Notes: generated by a model not told the origin, from the letters alone. A stretch of 64,000 bases of DNA from Candidatus Latescibacterota bacterium (GCA_963667175.2 CAXXXF010000015.1:384001-448000), one strand, 5' to 3'; positions 51,405 through 62,433 are shown, numbered from the stretch's first letter. Made by a program: numbers and translations.

Positions 51405-54400
51405 ATGCCGGACGCGCGAAAAAGGCCGCCTCCTGCCGACGTCGGGGCGCGCATCCGGGCTCTTGCCGATCACGAACGCACCATGCTCGTCGAGGCGGGC
51501 GCCGGCAGCGGCAAGACGGCGCTCATGGCCGGCAGAGCGGCGTTGCTAGTGGCCGGGGGGACCGCTCCGAAGAACATCGCCGCCATCACCTTCACCGAAG
51601 CGGCTGCCGCCGAGCTTCTGGAGCGGATCGAACGCATCGTAAGGGATCTCGGTTCAGGCGTCGTGCCGACCGAACTCGCGCCGGCCCTGCCGTCGGGTTT
51701 GAGTGCGGCGCAACGCGCCAACCTGAAGAAAGGCGCCGGCACGCTGGACGAGTTGACGTGCGCCACCATCCACGGATTCTGCCAGAAACTGATCGCGCCG
51801 TATCCGGTGGAGGCGGGTCAGGACCCGGGCGCAAAGATCATTGATCCCGGCACGGCGGATCTTGTCTTCGCGGACCTCGTGGACGCCTGGCTCTCGGCGC
51901 GGTTCGGTCGGGATCCGCAGCAGGACGGCCTCGGGCGCACGCCTCCAATTGAGCCTGCAAACGCGAACGGGGAGGACCTCTTCGCCGCGCTGATGCTGAA
52001 GTCGCCGGACCGGACCCTGAATCTGATCAGGAGCGCCGCGCAATTCCTCAGGAACCACCGGACGGCCGGGGCGGCCGATTCAGAAGCCGATCGGCAGGCC
52101 CACGGGAGGTTCCTCGATAGTGTCCGCGTTTTCGCCGCCTGGTACCGCGACTGCGGCATCGAAGAACCGGATACGGCCGTTATCGTCGAAGACCTCCTGG
52201 ACGTGGTGGAAGCATTGGGCGAACCGGTTCCCGGCGTCGTTCCGGGCGAGCGCCTCGCGCAACTGCTCCACCACCGGCGGCCGGCGGCCTGCAAGAAAGG
52301 CGATACGGAATTCAAACAATGGCGGGCGAAGGGGAAATGGCGAACCGGGGCGAAGGGCGCCGGTCATCGCGCTTCCGACGGAGAACGTCTGTTCGCCGCA
52401 GGTTCGGAGTTGTACGACGCATGCAGCGATAGGTACGTCGCGTTTTGCGACGCCCTCGGCAGCATCGCGTTCCGGCGCTTCGTTGGCGAGTTCGACGACG
52501 TCAGGAAGCTGTACCGCGACTTCAAACGCGACGCGGCCCTGCTCGACTTCGACGATCTGTTGTACCAGGCCCGGGATCTCCTCAGGGACCACGAATCGGT
52601 CCGCAGGGCCCTGGCCCGGCGCTACCCCCGCGTCCTTGTCGATGAATTTCAGGATACCGATCCCCTGCAGGCCGAAATCATCTGGCGATTGGCCGGAGAG
52701 GGCGATCCGAAGAACCCCTGGCAGGAACGCGCGATTCGTCCGGGCGCGCTGTTCCTTGTGGGAGACCCGAAACAGGCGATCTACAGGTTCCGCGGCGCGG
52801 ACGTCCGGACGTATCTTGCAGCCAGACGCGCGCTGTCGAAGAGCGATTCCGCGTCGATCCTCAGCATCACGGCGAACTTTCGCTCGCGGGCGCCCATTCT
52901 GGATTTCGTCAACCGGCACTTCGCGAGCATGCTGGAAACGCAACGAGGTCAGCCCGGGTTCACGGCGCTCACGACAACGCGCGACGCGGACGACGTAACG
53001 ACCGGCGCGAGCGTCGCCGCCTTCGAACTCGAAATCGACGAGGATCAAAAGACGGGAAGGGGGCGACTGCTTGCCGATCGGGTTCGCGATAAAGAGGCCG
53101 GCATCGTCGCCGATGCCGTATCCAGGCTCATCGGCGCCTATACCGTATACGACAAGGATGAAGATGCAACGAGACCCGCGCGGCCGGACGACGTGGCGCT
53201 GCTTGCGCCCACCGGTACCAGCCTCTGGATCTACGAGCGGGCGCTCGAGGAAAAGGGCATCCCGATCGCCACGCAGGCCGGCAAGGGCTTTTTTCAACGG
53301 CAGGAAGTTCAGGACCTGATCGCGGTTGCCCGGGCGATCTCGGATTCCAGGGACACGCTGGCGTTCGGCGCATTGATCCGCGGGCCGCTGGTGGGCCTTT
53401 CCGAAGAGCAGATTGCCGACGAAATTCTCGCGTTGCGAGTCTCCACGGAACGCGCCGGGCGCCTGGACGTCGATACCGATCCTTCCCGTGTCGCGAGCCC
53501 GGTTTTGTGTCAGACGCTGAACGTCCTGCAACACCTGCGGATGAAACGCCATGGCACGACGCCCTACCAGATCATGGCGGAGGCGGTCGAAGCGCTGCAC
53601 GTTCGACCGATTCTAAGGGCGCGCCATCGGGGGGGCGCCGAACGCGCGCTTGCCAACGTGGAACTGATCCTTGAGATGGCGCGGCAATACGCGGGAAGGG
53701 GCATGGGAGACTTCGCCCGCGCGCTCCGGCAGAGGTGGGAAGACGAGGAAGCCCAGGTGGAGGGTCGGCACGACGCGGTGACCGAAGCCGTTTCGATCAT
53801 CACCATGCATTCGGCCAAGGGCCTGGAATGGCCCATCGTGATCCCCATCAATTCGACAACCAGCCTGAGGCGCGAGGACGGATTTCTGTACAGGCGGCGG
53901 GACGACACCGTCCATTTCAAAGTCCTTGGCTTTGCGGACACCGAATATGAAAAGACCAGGCTGGAGGAAGCGGAAGAACTCGCCAGGGAGCGCGTGCGGC
54001 TGTGGTACGTTGCGCTGACCCGCGCGCGGGACCTGCTGCTGCTCCCCAGGCAGAGTGAACGCAGCGGATCAGACTGGTGGCGCCTGATCGATATCGACGT
54101 GGATTCCCTCCCGGCTTTCGATGCCGGACGGTTCGACGTCACTGAAGTGATCCCCCACACGCCGGCGTCCAACCATCAGGACGCGGCGACGTGGAAACGG
54201 GAGCATGCGGACGTCGCCGCCAACCTGCGGAAGATAACCTGGCGCCGTCCCAGCCGGCACGAAGACACGGGACAACGGGAAGCGGAACCTGCAACCGTGT
54301 CGTCGGGCATCGAGATCGCGGACGAGACCCATGACGAATGGAATGGCTGGAGTAACGGACAGGAAAGGCTCAAGCGGGGTCTGATCCTGCACAAGCTGAT

Positions 54401-54854
54401 GGAGGAAGCGCTCACCGGAGAAACGCCGGATGAGGAAGGTCCGTTGCGCGCACGCGCCGCGGAACTCATCGACCAGCAGGGTCTCGAGGACGCCGCGAAC
54501 CCGTCGTCCCATATTTCCAGCGTCCGGATGGCGGCCATGGTCGTCCGCACCCTGAACCGTCCGGAGATCGCGGCCCTGCGCCCGCGCCTGGTACCGGAAT
54601 GCTGGGTCTACGGCAGCGACGACAATGGGCGGGAGACGTCGATCACGGCGGGTATCGCCGATGCCGTTGCCGTTGACGAGCAAGGTCGCATCGACGTGGT
54701 GGTGGACTGGAAGAGCGACACGGCGCCCAGGGAGAATCAGATACGGTCGTACCGCGAACAGGTTCGCAAATATCTGGAAGCCACAGGCGCGAAGACCGGG
54801 CTTATCGTATTCCTCAATTCGGACCGCATCGAGACGGTTGTGGGGAGAAACTGA
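51405..54854 (+). CDS. AddA/UvrD-like SF1 helicase with C-terminal nuclease
   Basis: EAGAGSGKT, ITFT, TIHGFC, VDEFQDT, VGDPKQAIYRFRGAD, NFRS, TMHSAKGLEW, YVALTRAR, G..D...DWKS. Confidence 0.9.
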   Translation: MPDARKRPPPADVGARIRALADHERTMLVEAGAGSGKTALMAGRAALLVAGGTAPKNIAAITFTEAAAAELLERIERIVRDLGSGVVPTELAPALPSGLSAAQRANLKKGAGTLDELTCATIHGFCQKLIAPYPVEAGQDPGAKIIDPGTADLVFADLVDAWLSARFGRDPQQDGLGRTPPIEPANANGEDLFAALMLKSPDRTLNLIRSAAQFLRNHRTAGAADSEADRQAHGRFLDSVRVFAAWYRDCGIEEPDTAVIVEDLLDVVEALGEPVPGVVPGERLAQLLHHRRPAACKKGDTEFKQWRAKGKWRTGAKGAGHRASDGERLFAAGSELYDACSDRYVAFCDALGSIAFRRFVGEFDDVRKLYRDFKRDAALLDFDDLLYQARDLLRDHESVRRALARRYPRVLVDEFQDTDPLQAEIIWRLAGEGDPKNPWQERAIRPGALFLVGDPKQAIYRFRGADVRTYLAARRALSKSDSASILSITANFRSRAPILDFVNRHFASMLETQRGQPGFTALTTTRDADDVTTGASVAAFELEIDEDQKTGRGRLLADRVRDKEAGIVADAVSRLIGAYTVYDKDEDATRPARPDDVALLAPTGTSLWIYERALEEKGIPIATQAGKGFFQRQEVQDLIAVARAISDSRDTLAFGALIRGPLVGLSEEQIADEILALRVSTERAGRLDVDTDPSRVASPVLCQTLNVLQHLRMKRHGTTPYQIMAEAVEALHVRPILRARHRGGAERALANVELILEMARQYAGRGMGDFARALRQRWEDEEAQVEGRHDAVTEAVSIITMHSAKGLEWPIVIPINSTTSLRREDGFLYRRRDDTVHFKVLGFADTEYEKTRLEEAEELARERVRLWYVALTRARDLLLLPRQSERSGSDWWRLIDIDVDSLPAFDAGRFDVTEVIPHTPASNHQDAATWKREHADVAANLRKITWRRPSRHEDTGQREAEPATVSSGIEIADETHDEWNGWSNGQERLKRGLILHKLMEEALTGETPDEEGPLRARAAELIDQQGLEDAANPSSHISSVRMAAMVVRTLNRPEIAALRPRLVPECWVYGSDDNGRETSITAGIADAVAVDEQGRIDVVVDWKSDTAPRENQIRSYREQVRKYLEATGAKTGLIVFLNSDRIETVVGRN

Positions 54855-55009
54855 GGAGCCAATCCGTTCGTACGCTCATCGATGTTTTGAAGGTGTCGGA
54901 GGGAACGGTAGAGAAGCGGCTGCCAGGTGTTTTTTCAATTGGCGTTTGGCTACGATCCGCATTACCACGTTTCAGCAACAATTGTCAATCTATCCTGTTG
55001 GGAAACCAC

Positions 55010-56191
55010 ATGCGAATTGTCCACGTCAATCAATTCTATATCCCAGGACTGAGCTACCAGGAGAACATCCTCCCTCATGAACAGGCGAAGCTGGGTCACG
55101 ACGTGTGGATCCTGACCAGCGACCGCCTGCCGCATCCGAAAAAGTACCCCGAGTCCAGGGGCCGCCTGTCGAAGGGAATATCCAGGGAAGAATCGGTACG
55201 CATCTGGAGGTTGCCCTCAATCGTACCCATAAAGAGCAGGGGCCAAGTGTATCTTCGGAACCTGAACCGTACGATCTACAGACTTCGACCCGACGTTGTC
55301 AACACCCATGGGTTAAGGTTTTTTCCCGTACTTCAGGTTTTATCCAAACGCCCGTTTTTCGTCCACGTCGGTGATGACCATTCGGACAACGGCAATCTGC
55401 CCACGGGACCCGGGAACATCATTCGGTTCGGGGTCGGAAAACAGGTGTGCAGAAAAATCGGGCGCCTCGGAGGCAAAGTCTTTACATCCAATCCTTTTGC
55501 CGAATGGTTTGTAAAGCAGGTGTACGCCGCGCGGCCGGAATGCGTGCACCTCCTTCCATTAGGCATCAATACGAAGACATTTTATCCCGATTCGCTCAAT
55601 CGCAAGGAATGGCGAGCCAAATTGGCAATTCCCGACGACGCGTGCCTGTTCATCACGTCCGGACGGCTGACACCGGGCAAGGGATTCGAGCTCTTTTTGA
55701 GGTCCTTCGCGGAGGTCCACCGCCGGCGCCGGGCAACAAGACTCGCGATCGCCGGATCGGGAACGCCCGAATACGAGGCGCAGCTCCACGGACTCGCGAA
55801 TGAACTGGGCATTGGGGACGTTGTGATTTTTTTGAATTGGATGGCTGAAGGCGATCTCCGCGCCTGTTACAATGCGGCTGACGTGGGCGTGATGCCGGGC
55901 AAGCTGGGAGGGATGAAGGAGATCCTCGGTGTCGGCCGCCCTCTCATTGCGCCCGAGCATCTGGCAACAGCCTATCTCGTGGAAAGAGGAAACGGCCTGA
56001 CGTTCACCCCCGATAACGGCACAAGCCTCATCCGGGCGATGCGGCGCTATGCCGAGAGTCCCGACCTTCGAAAAGACCACGGAGAAAATTCCCTTCGGGT
56101 CTCTCGTAACCAGCTCTCCTGGGCGCGAATCGCCCGTGACAGCCTTCAAGTGTATGAGGGCATGCTGGTCGAATATTGCGAAGATCGTTAG
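55010..56191 (+). CDS. GT4 glycosyltransferase
   Basis: MRIVHV, GRLTPGKG, YNAADV, LSW. Confidence 0.85.
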   Translation: MRIVHVNQFYIPGLSYQENILPHEQAKLGHDVWILTSDRLPHPKKYPESRGRLSKGISREESVRIWRLPSIVPIKSRGQVYLRNLNRTIYRLRPDVVNTHGLRFFPVLQVLSKRPFFVHVGDDHSDNGNLPTGPGNIIRFGVGKQVCRKIGRLGGKVFTSNPFAEWFVKQVYAARPECVHLLPLGINTKTFYPDSLNRKEWRAKLAIPDDACLFITSGRLTPGKGFELFLRSFAEVHRRRRATRLAIAGSGTPEYEAQLHGLANELGIGDVVIFLNWMAEGDLRACYNAADVGVMPGKLGGMKEILGVGRPLIAPEHLATAYLVERGNGLTFTPDNGTSLIRAMRRYAESPDLRKDHGENSLRVSRNQLSWARIARDSLQVYEGMLVEYCEDR

Positions 56192-56222
56192 ATGCCCGGA
56201 ATGGGGGTAAAGAAAGGGAAAA

Positions 56223-56822
56223 ATGAAGAGCCTTGATCTCGGATGCGGACTGAAAAAAGCCGCAGGGACGATCGGTCTGGATATCTGGCGAGAATCCAAT
56301 GCGGACGTTGTGGCCGATATGGACGGACCACATCTGCCTTTCAGGGACGACGTTTTCGATAAGGTACAGTTGATCCACGTCATCGAGCATATCGAGGATA
56401 CGATTCATCTGATGAATGAGATCGGGAGGGTTACCGTCGACGGCGCCATCGTTGAAGGCGCCACGCCACACTTCTCATCGTCCGGTTCCTACGCCGATCC
56501 GACACATTGCCACCATTTCGCCTGCCGGACATTCGATTATCTGTCGTTTTCTGCGGACAGACGCGGATTCATCTACCGAGTCCTGAGTCGGGTTTACAAT
56601 CCGGGTCCGATCAGGCTCAGGACCTGCGGTCCATTCAGGTTCCGCAAGGAAACCGTTCGACTGAGATTCAACAGGGTTTTCGCGTGGATCGGCATCGAGC
56701 GTCTTGCAAATGTCTATCCTGAGTTTTACGAGGCATTCTTTGCCGGTCTCATTCCCGCCAGAGAAATCCTCTTTCAACTCAGGACCGTCAAGAACCAGAC
56801 CGGCGGGAAGGTGGATGATTGA
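56223..56822 (+). CDS. Class I SAM methyltransferase (type 11)
   Basis: LDLGCG, LPF.D..FD, HVIEH, DPTH. Confidence 0.85.
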   Translation: MKSLDLGCGLKKAAGTIGLDIWRESNADVVADMDGPHLPFRDDVFDKVQLIHVIEHIEDTIHLMNEIGRVTVDGAIVEGATPHFSSSGSYADPTHCHHFACRTFDYLSFSADRRGFIYRVLSRVYNPGPIRLRTCGPFRFRKETVRLRFNRVFAWIGIERLANVYPEFYEAFFAGLIPAREILFQLRTVKNQTGGKVDD

Positions 56823-56909
56823 ATGAAACCCGTCGATCCGGCATCTTCCGATCTTCACACCCGTTCTTTTTCGAAAACCACTCCCGGACATTGATTTCAG
56901 GCGCCAGTC

Positions 56910-57350
56910 TTGCCTGATAACGCACCATTGCTTTCCGTCATCATCGTCAATGTCGACACAGCGAAGTGGCTGAAGCCATGCCACGAATCGCTGCAGGAAC
57001 ACGACATTTCCGAATCGATTGAAGTGGTGGTCGTGGACAATGGATCCGCTGACGTGGTGCGGCAGGATTTCCCCGATGTGAAACTGGTGACGCTGGAAGA
57101 AACGGTCGGTTTCGGCACGGCGAACAATTTCGGCGCGACGCACCCCGCGGCGCCTGTTCTTCTCTTTCTGAATCCGGACACCAGAACGGTCGAACGCAGC
57201 CTGTCACAGTTGTTGCGGAGATTTGAGGTAAGTATGTGGTGCACCACCCAACTAGAACCCCTGGGCTTATCTCCAATAGCCCAGGGCTTGATTTATGTGG
57301 GTCCGGCCCGTATATTGTATTTTTCGTATCGGCCATCAGGCACAGTTTAG
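56910..57350 (+). pseudogene. Truncated duplicate of the GT2 gene at 59033
   Basis: About 95 codons nearly identical to 59033 onward, with a 12-bp deletion; it diverges after LNPDT. Confidence 0.8.
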
Positions 57351-57625
57351 CGGGTTGGACACGGCATGACATTGCGGCCGTCAAGAGCAATCAAACTCTG
57401 TAGTTCCGCCTTCTTCTCAATTGCCGGATGCAACGTTGTAGGGACCCGTGCCGTGACGTGGTCTTTCAAATTCGATAAATCCCCTGGATCTCGAAGAGAG
57501 CTCCGGGGTCGGTGCGCTGTAGATTCATAGCCCCTCTCCTTTAAATCCCCTCATAAAATTCGACTTCTGCTGATTTAATACCAAATTAAACCAGTAGCAG
57601 GCGATTCAACTCGAGTGCTGATCGT

Positions 57626-58540
57626 ATGCCAAATACGTCTGAGTCATTTAATGAAAAAAGTTACCAATCCCACTCTGGTCATTTTGAACAGTACAAAAAA
57701 GGCGGGAATAGGGCGTCGCTTGCAAGAACATGGCTTGACCAAAATACCGTTGATTCCTGGAGGCATAACAGACACTATAAAGCGCTAGATCCCATCCTTA
57801 TTTCCGCAAAAGACTCCAACTGGCTAACCGTCGGAGACGGGCGCTTTGGAAGAGATGCGAGATATATTCTCGATCAGGGAGTTAAAGCGCTTGCAACTGA
57901 TATTTCGGATTCTTTGCTTAAGGAAGCTAGAAATGACGGGTATATTAAATATTACAAAAAAGAAAATGCGGAGCGTTTGTCATTTGAAGATATGGAATTT
58001 GACTATACCTTATGCAAGGAATCTTATCACCATTTTCCAAGGCCCATGATTGCTTTATATGAAATGCTGCGCGTTTCAAAAAAGGGTATCTTGTTGATAG
58101 AACCGAATGATGATTTTATTTCTGACAGTTTATTGACAGGTCTTTCAAGAAATATAAAGATTGTCATTAAACGATTATTGGGTAAAATTGCAGATAAGCA
58201 CTCTTTTGAAGAAACGGGGAATTTCGTTTATCGCATTTCGCAAAGAGAAATGGAAAAAGTAGCTTTAGGTTTAAATTATCGCTATCTTGCAATTAAAGGA
58301 ATTAATGACATTTATCTTGAAGGGGCCGAATATGAACACATTTCTGAAAATGGTCCATTACTGAAAAAGATAAAAACCATGATCAGAATAGCAGATTTTC
58401 TGTGTAATCTCCGTCTGATGACATACACCTTACTTGCTATATATATATTTAGAGAACAACCTTCAAATCAGATTTTGCAGGAATTAGATAAATCAGGTTT
58501 TAAGGTCATCGAGCTTCCCGGAAACCCTTATATATCCTGA
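57626..58540 (+). CDS. Class I SAM methyltransferase, AT-rich
   Basis: LTVGDGRFG, TDIS, ENAERLSF...FD, ESYHHF, EMLRVS. Much lower GC than the host. Confidence 0.8.
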   Translation: MPNTSESFNEKSYQSHSGHFEQYKKGGNRASLARTWLDQNTVDSWRHNRHYKALDPILISAKDSNWLTVGDGRFGRDARYILDQGVKALATDISDSLLKEARNDGYIKYYKKENAERLSFEDMEFDYTLCKESYHHFPRPMIALYEMLRVSKKGILLIEPNDDFISDSLLTGLSRNIKIVIKRLLGKIADKHSFEETGNFVYRISQREMEKVALGLNYRYLAIKGINDIYLEGAEYEHISENGPLLKKIKTMIRIADFLCNLRLMTYTLLAIYIFREQPSNQILQELDKSGFKVIELPGNPYIS

Positions 58541-58549
58541 CCTTTGGCC

Positions 58550-58762
58550 TAACAGCCCGTTGAAAAAGTCCATCCGGGCTGCCTGCCTGTGCGTTCGCAC
58601 GCAGACAGGCGTCCGGCCCTTATGGCCGAAATACGGCGTTACCTGCCTGCAGCAGGCAGGCGCTCCCTCCCCGAATCCAGGGATTCGCGTCGGTCGCGCG
58701 TCTTGTCTTCGGCCACAATGGCTCGGCCTCGCCTGCAGAGCGACTTTTTCAACGGATTGCTA
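58550..58762. mobile_element. MITE, second copy (inverted relative to 3095-3255)
   Basis: TAACAGCCCGTTGAAAAAGTC ... GACTTTTTCAACGGATTGCTA, with shared internal sequence (TCTTCGGCCACAATG.CTCGGCCTCGCCTGCAGAGC). Confidence 0.8.
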
Positions 58763-59032
58763 AAGATCTGCCTCCGTGCTATCCCCTTGACTGCCTCCCC
58801 CAGCCTCCCTAAATCGATGACGCTACCAATCATCATCAATGCAGGGGGGCCCTTATTATTTCAGAGCCCTTGATCCCGGACTATGAGGTATTGCGCATAT
58901 GCCTGGTTGCGCAGTTGGCGTTGTCCGTATCCAATTTACATTGAAGCCCCTTCTACTTCAATTAAGATAGGCACAATCTCCATCCGAATGTGTTGGCAGT
59001 CCATATCCAATCCACGATCCGAGGCGTCAGTT

Positions 59033-59860
59033 TTGCCTGATCACGCACCATCGCTTTCCGTCATCATCGTCAATGTTGACACAGCGAAATGGCTGAAGCC
59101 ATGCCTCGAATCGCTGCAGGAACAGGACATTTCCGAATCGATTGAAGTGGTGGTCGTGGACAATGGATCCGGTGACGGATCCGCCGACGTGGTGCGGCAG
59201 GATTTCCCCGATGTGAAACTGGTGACGCTGGAAGAAACGGTCGGTTTCGGCACGGCGAACAATTCCGGCGCGACGCACTCCGCGGCGCCTGTTCTTCTCT
59301 TTCTGAATCCGGATACGAGGCTACGCAAAGGGAGCCTGTCGTCGATGTTGCAGAGGTTCGCGCAGCAACCCGATTGTGGAATCGCCGGCGGAATGGTTTT
59401 CGACGGCAAGGGCCGGTTTGAACGTTCTACGGGATCGTCCCCGACACTGTTCAGTATGGGCCTGGGCCGTCTTCTCAAAACCCTTCCGCCGGTCCGCCCG
59501 CTTCTGGGACGTTTTACCCATCAGCACTGGACCGGCTACGATAAACCCCGCCGGGTGGACTGGGTTACCGGCGCTTATCTCTGGATACGCAGGGACGTAT
59601 TTGAAAGAGTCGGGGGATTCGACCCCCGGATTTTTATGTACTGTGAGGACGTTGACCTCTGCTTTCGTGTCCGGCAACTCGGATTCGAGGTCCGGTTTTT
59701 TCCTGAAACGCCGATCACTCATTACGGCGGCAAATCCCGCGTGCCGCGCCCTCGGAAGAAGATGCTGTACGAAAGCCTGCGCTATTTCGCCGACAAGCAC
59801 TACAAGTCTCCCAGATATTGGTTGACACGATGCGTCTTCCGAATCATGTCAAGACGATAA
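59033..59860 (+). CDS. GT2 glycosyltransferase (rhamnosyltransferase WbbL-like)
   Basis: LSVIIVN, VDNGSGDGS, GFG.ANN, LNPDT, WVTGA, GGFD, MYCEDVDLC. Confidence 0.88.
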   Translation: MPDHAPSLSVIIVNVDTAKWLKPCLESLQEQDISESIEVVVVDNGSGDGSADVVRQDFPDVKLVTLEETVGFGTANNSGATHSAAPVLLFLNPDTRLRKGSLSSMLQRFAQQPDCGIAGGMVFDGKGRFERSTGSSPTLFSMGLGRLLKTLPPVRPLLGRFTHQHWTGYDKPRRVDWVTGAYLWIRRDVFERVGGFDPRIFMYCEDVDLCFRVRQLGFEVRFFPETPITHYGGKSRVPRPRKKMLYESLRYFADKHYKSPRYWLTRCVFRIMSRR

Positions 59861-59864
59861 CGCT

Positions 59865-62351
59865 ATGTCCGAACTCCCGCAGTCTCGTCCGTTAAATCAA
59901 GCCCGCCGCACGCTTACCGCACCTTCTATCATCGCCGCTGTATTCCTGGGCCTCCACCTCGTGCCGCTCTTCTGGCGTCCTGACTTGCTATGGGGCGCCG
60001 ACTTCCTGCGCTATATGCCAGCGCCATCACGGGGCCTCTTCACTCTGCTGGCCGTCCTGCTGTTTGTTCCCCGCTTCCGCCTCCAATGCCGCGCCTGGGC
60101 GCGGCGTGTGTCATTGTCGCTCTGGGAAGGGGGCCGCCGCGTCTGGATCACCAGGACCCTGGTGTTGATCCTCGCCCTGGCCGCGTTCGTCGCGCTACCA
60201 TCCGCAACGCACTTCCTCGGCGACGGGTACACCGTTCTCGATAAACTCAATGCGGCCGCCTGGCACGACGCGTTCGTGGCGCCACTCACGTACGCCCTCA
60301 TAGACTCCCTTCATGGCGCAGGCAGTCGTCTGTGGCAATCTGCGGACAACACGTACCGCGTTTATAGCTGCGCGTCCGGAATTCTTTATGTTCTCCTCGC
60401 CTTCCCGGTCGCTGCCACCATCGGGAAGAGTGCCATGGAAAAGTCCGTCGTTCTGGCCTTCCTGCTCACTGCAGGCTACCTTCAGCTGTTCTTCGGGTAC
60501 GTGGAGAATTACGCCCTCTACATGCCCGGCGTACTCGGCTACCTCCTCCTGGGACTGCGCACACTCGAAGGCCGAATGCCGCTGTGCGTTCCGGCGCTGG
60601 CGCTGGGCATTCTGCCCATCCTGCATCGGGCCATGGCCGTCTTCGCGCCGTCTATTCTTGTTATCGCCTATGGCGTGTACCTTCGCCGAGAGAGAGAGGC
60701 CCCATCCCGAAAAAACGGGATCACAACCCTCGCGGCGCTTCTCTGCGTCCCAACCTGCGCGGCGCTTTTCTTATGGCTTAGCGGCGTCGACGCGGAGGCC
60801 TACCTCACCCGGAAAGGCAGCAGCGAGTTTCTGCCCCTGTTTGGCGACCCAGGGTTTTACGCGCAATACCGCGTCTTTTCCTTCGCGCACGTACTGGACT
60901 TTCTGAACCTGCAACTGCTCTCGGCCCCGGCGGCATGCATGGTTCTGTTCCTGCTGCGCAAAGGAGACTTCAAACGTCAGCCCTTTCTCGCCTCGGCATC
61001 GGTCCTGCCGCTATTGTTCACTTTCGCCGCCAAGCCCAACATCGGCGCGTTTCGGGACTGGGATATCTTCTCCCTACCTGCGCTGCCGTTAACGTTGTGG
61101 GCAGTCTCTGCGTTCTTGGGACGGGTTCAGGACCCAGACCGCCGGTTCCACGTCGTTCTGCTCTTCTGTGGCGCTGCGGCCCTGCATACGGTACTCTGGA
61201 TCACCATGAACGCCAACGCCGCGGCGGCGGAAGCCCGGTTCACCCGCCAGCTGGAACGGCTCACGGGCCACGCCAGCGCTACCGGCTGGGTGACCGCGGG
61301 TAACTTCCATAAACGGGAGGACAACGAACCGGCAGCCCTCTATGCCTACAAGCGTGCGCTGGATGCAGATCCCGATAACCCCAATCGTTGGTTGCTCGTG
61401 GGCGGCGCCTACAGAGATATGAAGCGGTCAGCAGACGCGATCGAATACTTCGGGAGAGCACAGGAACTCCAACCGAACCACCCGATTCCATACATGAACC
61501 TCGGCGCGGCGTACAGCGATCTCGGACAGTTCGAAAAAGCAATCGAGCACACCACGAAAGCCATTACGCTACGACCGGATCTGGCGCCGGCGCACAGGAA
61601 TCTCGGCAAAATCTACCATACGTCCGGAAACCTCGAAAAAGCCGTTGAACATCTCGAAAGAGCCGTGGCGCTTGGGCCGAACGACGCCGCGGCAGAGGCG
61701 CATCTCGGCGTCGTTTACTTTGACGCCGGACAGAATGAAAAAGCGATACGTCACCTTGAAAATGCCATCGCGTTACGACCCCGCCATACCCCCACGTTGG
61801 TGAACCTGGCCCTGACCTACAGCCACGCGGGGCAGAACGACCGGGCGATCGAACTCCTTAAAGAAGCGATTGCCATTCAGCCTGAACTCGCAGCGGCCCA
61901 TGCGAACCTGGGCGGCATATACAGCAGAATCGGACAGTACGAAATGGGCATCCAATACCTCTCCAGAGCCCTTGAGATCCAACCCGATCACCCGCTCGCC
62001 AATCAGAATCTCGGCATGGCGCACAGAGCCCAGGGCCGTTACGCGGAAGCGATTGAACACTTCAAGAAAGCGCTCGAACTTCAATCCGGTAGCGGCGACG
62101 CACAAACGTACCTGAATATTGGCGACACGTACTACGACATGGGCCAGTACGAAAAGGCGATCCCTTATTTCCTGGAAGTCGCTGAACGGCATCCCAACGT
62201 AGCGAACGCGCACATGTTGTTGGGTCTGGCCTACCGCAGATTGAACCGCATGGACGAAGCCAGGCCCCATTTTGAGAAAACCCTGGAACTCGAGCCCGAC
62301 CATCCGCAGGCCGCTCAGATCAGACTGTGGCTGGAGCAGATCCGCGAATAG
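59865..62351 (+). CDS. Membrane protein with GT-C-like TM region and C-terminal TPR array
   Basis: About 12 TM segments (LGDG, FFGYVENY, RDWDIF), followed by about 10 TPRs (A..NLG..Y...G..E.A). Confidence 0.8.
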   Translation: MSELPQSRPLNQARRTLTAPSIIAAVFLGLHLVPLFWRPDLLWGADFLRYMPAPSRGLFTLLAVLLFVPRFRLQCRAWARRVSLSLWEGGRRVWITRTLVLILALAAFVALPSATHFLGDGYTVLDKLNAAAWHDAFVAPLTYALIDSLHGAGSRLWQSADNTYRVYSCASGILYVLLAFPVAATIGKSAMEKSVVLAFLLTAGYLQLFFGYVENYALYMPGVLGYLLLGLRTLEGRMPLCVPALALGILPILHRAMAVFAPSILVIAYGVYLRREREAPSRKNGITTLAALLCVPTCAALFLWLSGVDAEAYLTRKGSSEFLPLFGDPGFYAQYRVFSFAHVLDFLNLQLLSAPAACMVLFLLRKGDFKRQPFLASASVLPLLFTFAAKPNIGAFRDWDIFSLPALPLTLWAVSAFLGRVQDPDRRFHVVLLFCGAAALHTVLWITMNANAAAAEARFTRQLERLTGHASATGWVTAGNFHKREDNEPAALYAYKRALDADPDNPNRWLLVGGAYRDMKRSADAIEYFGRAQELQPNHPIPYMNLGAAYSDLGQFEKAIEHTTKAITLRPDLAPAHRNLGKIYHTSGNLEKAVEHLERAVALGPNDAAAEAHLGVVYFDAGQNEKAIRHLENAIALRPRHTPTLVNLALTYSHAGQNDRAIELLKEAIAIQPELAAAHANLGGIYSRIGQYEMGIQYLSRALEIQPDHPLANQNLGMAHRAQGRYAEAIEHFKKALELQSGSGDAQTYLNIGDTYYDMGQYEKAIPYFLEVAERHPNVANAHMLLGLAYRRLNRMDEARPHFEKTLELEPDHPQAAQIRLWLEQIRE

Positions 62352-62390
62352 ACTCTTCTATTGCAACTAAGATAGGTACATTTCCGATCA

Positions 62391-62433
62391 GAATAAAAAG
62401 ACGGGACAACGCGCCTTATGAGTGCATTGTCCC
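62391..62433 (-). terminator. Intrinsic terminator closing the cassette array
   Basis: Minus strand CGGGACAATGCAC-TCATAAG-GCGCGTTGTCCCG followed by TCTTTTTATT. Confidence 0.65.
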
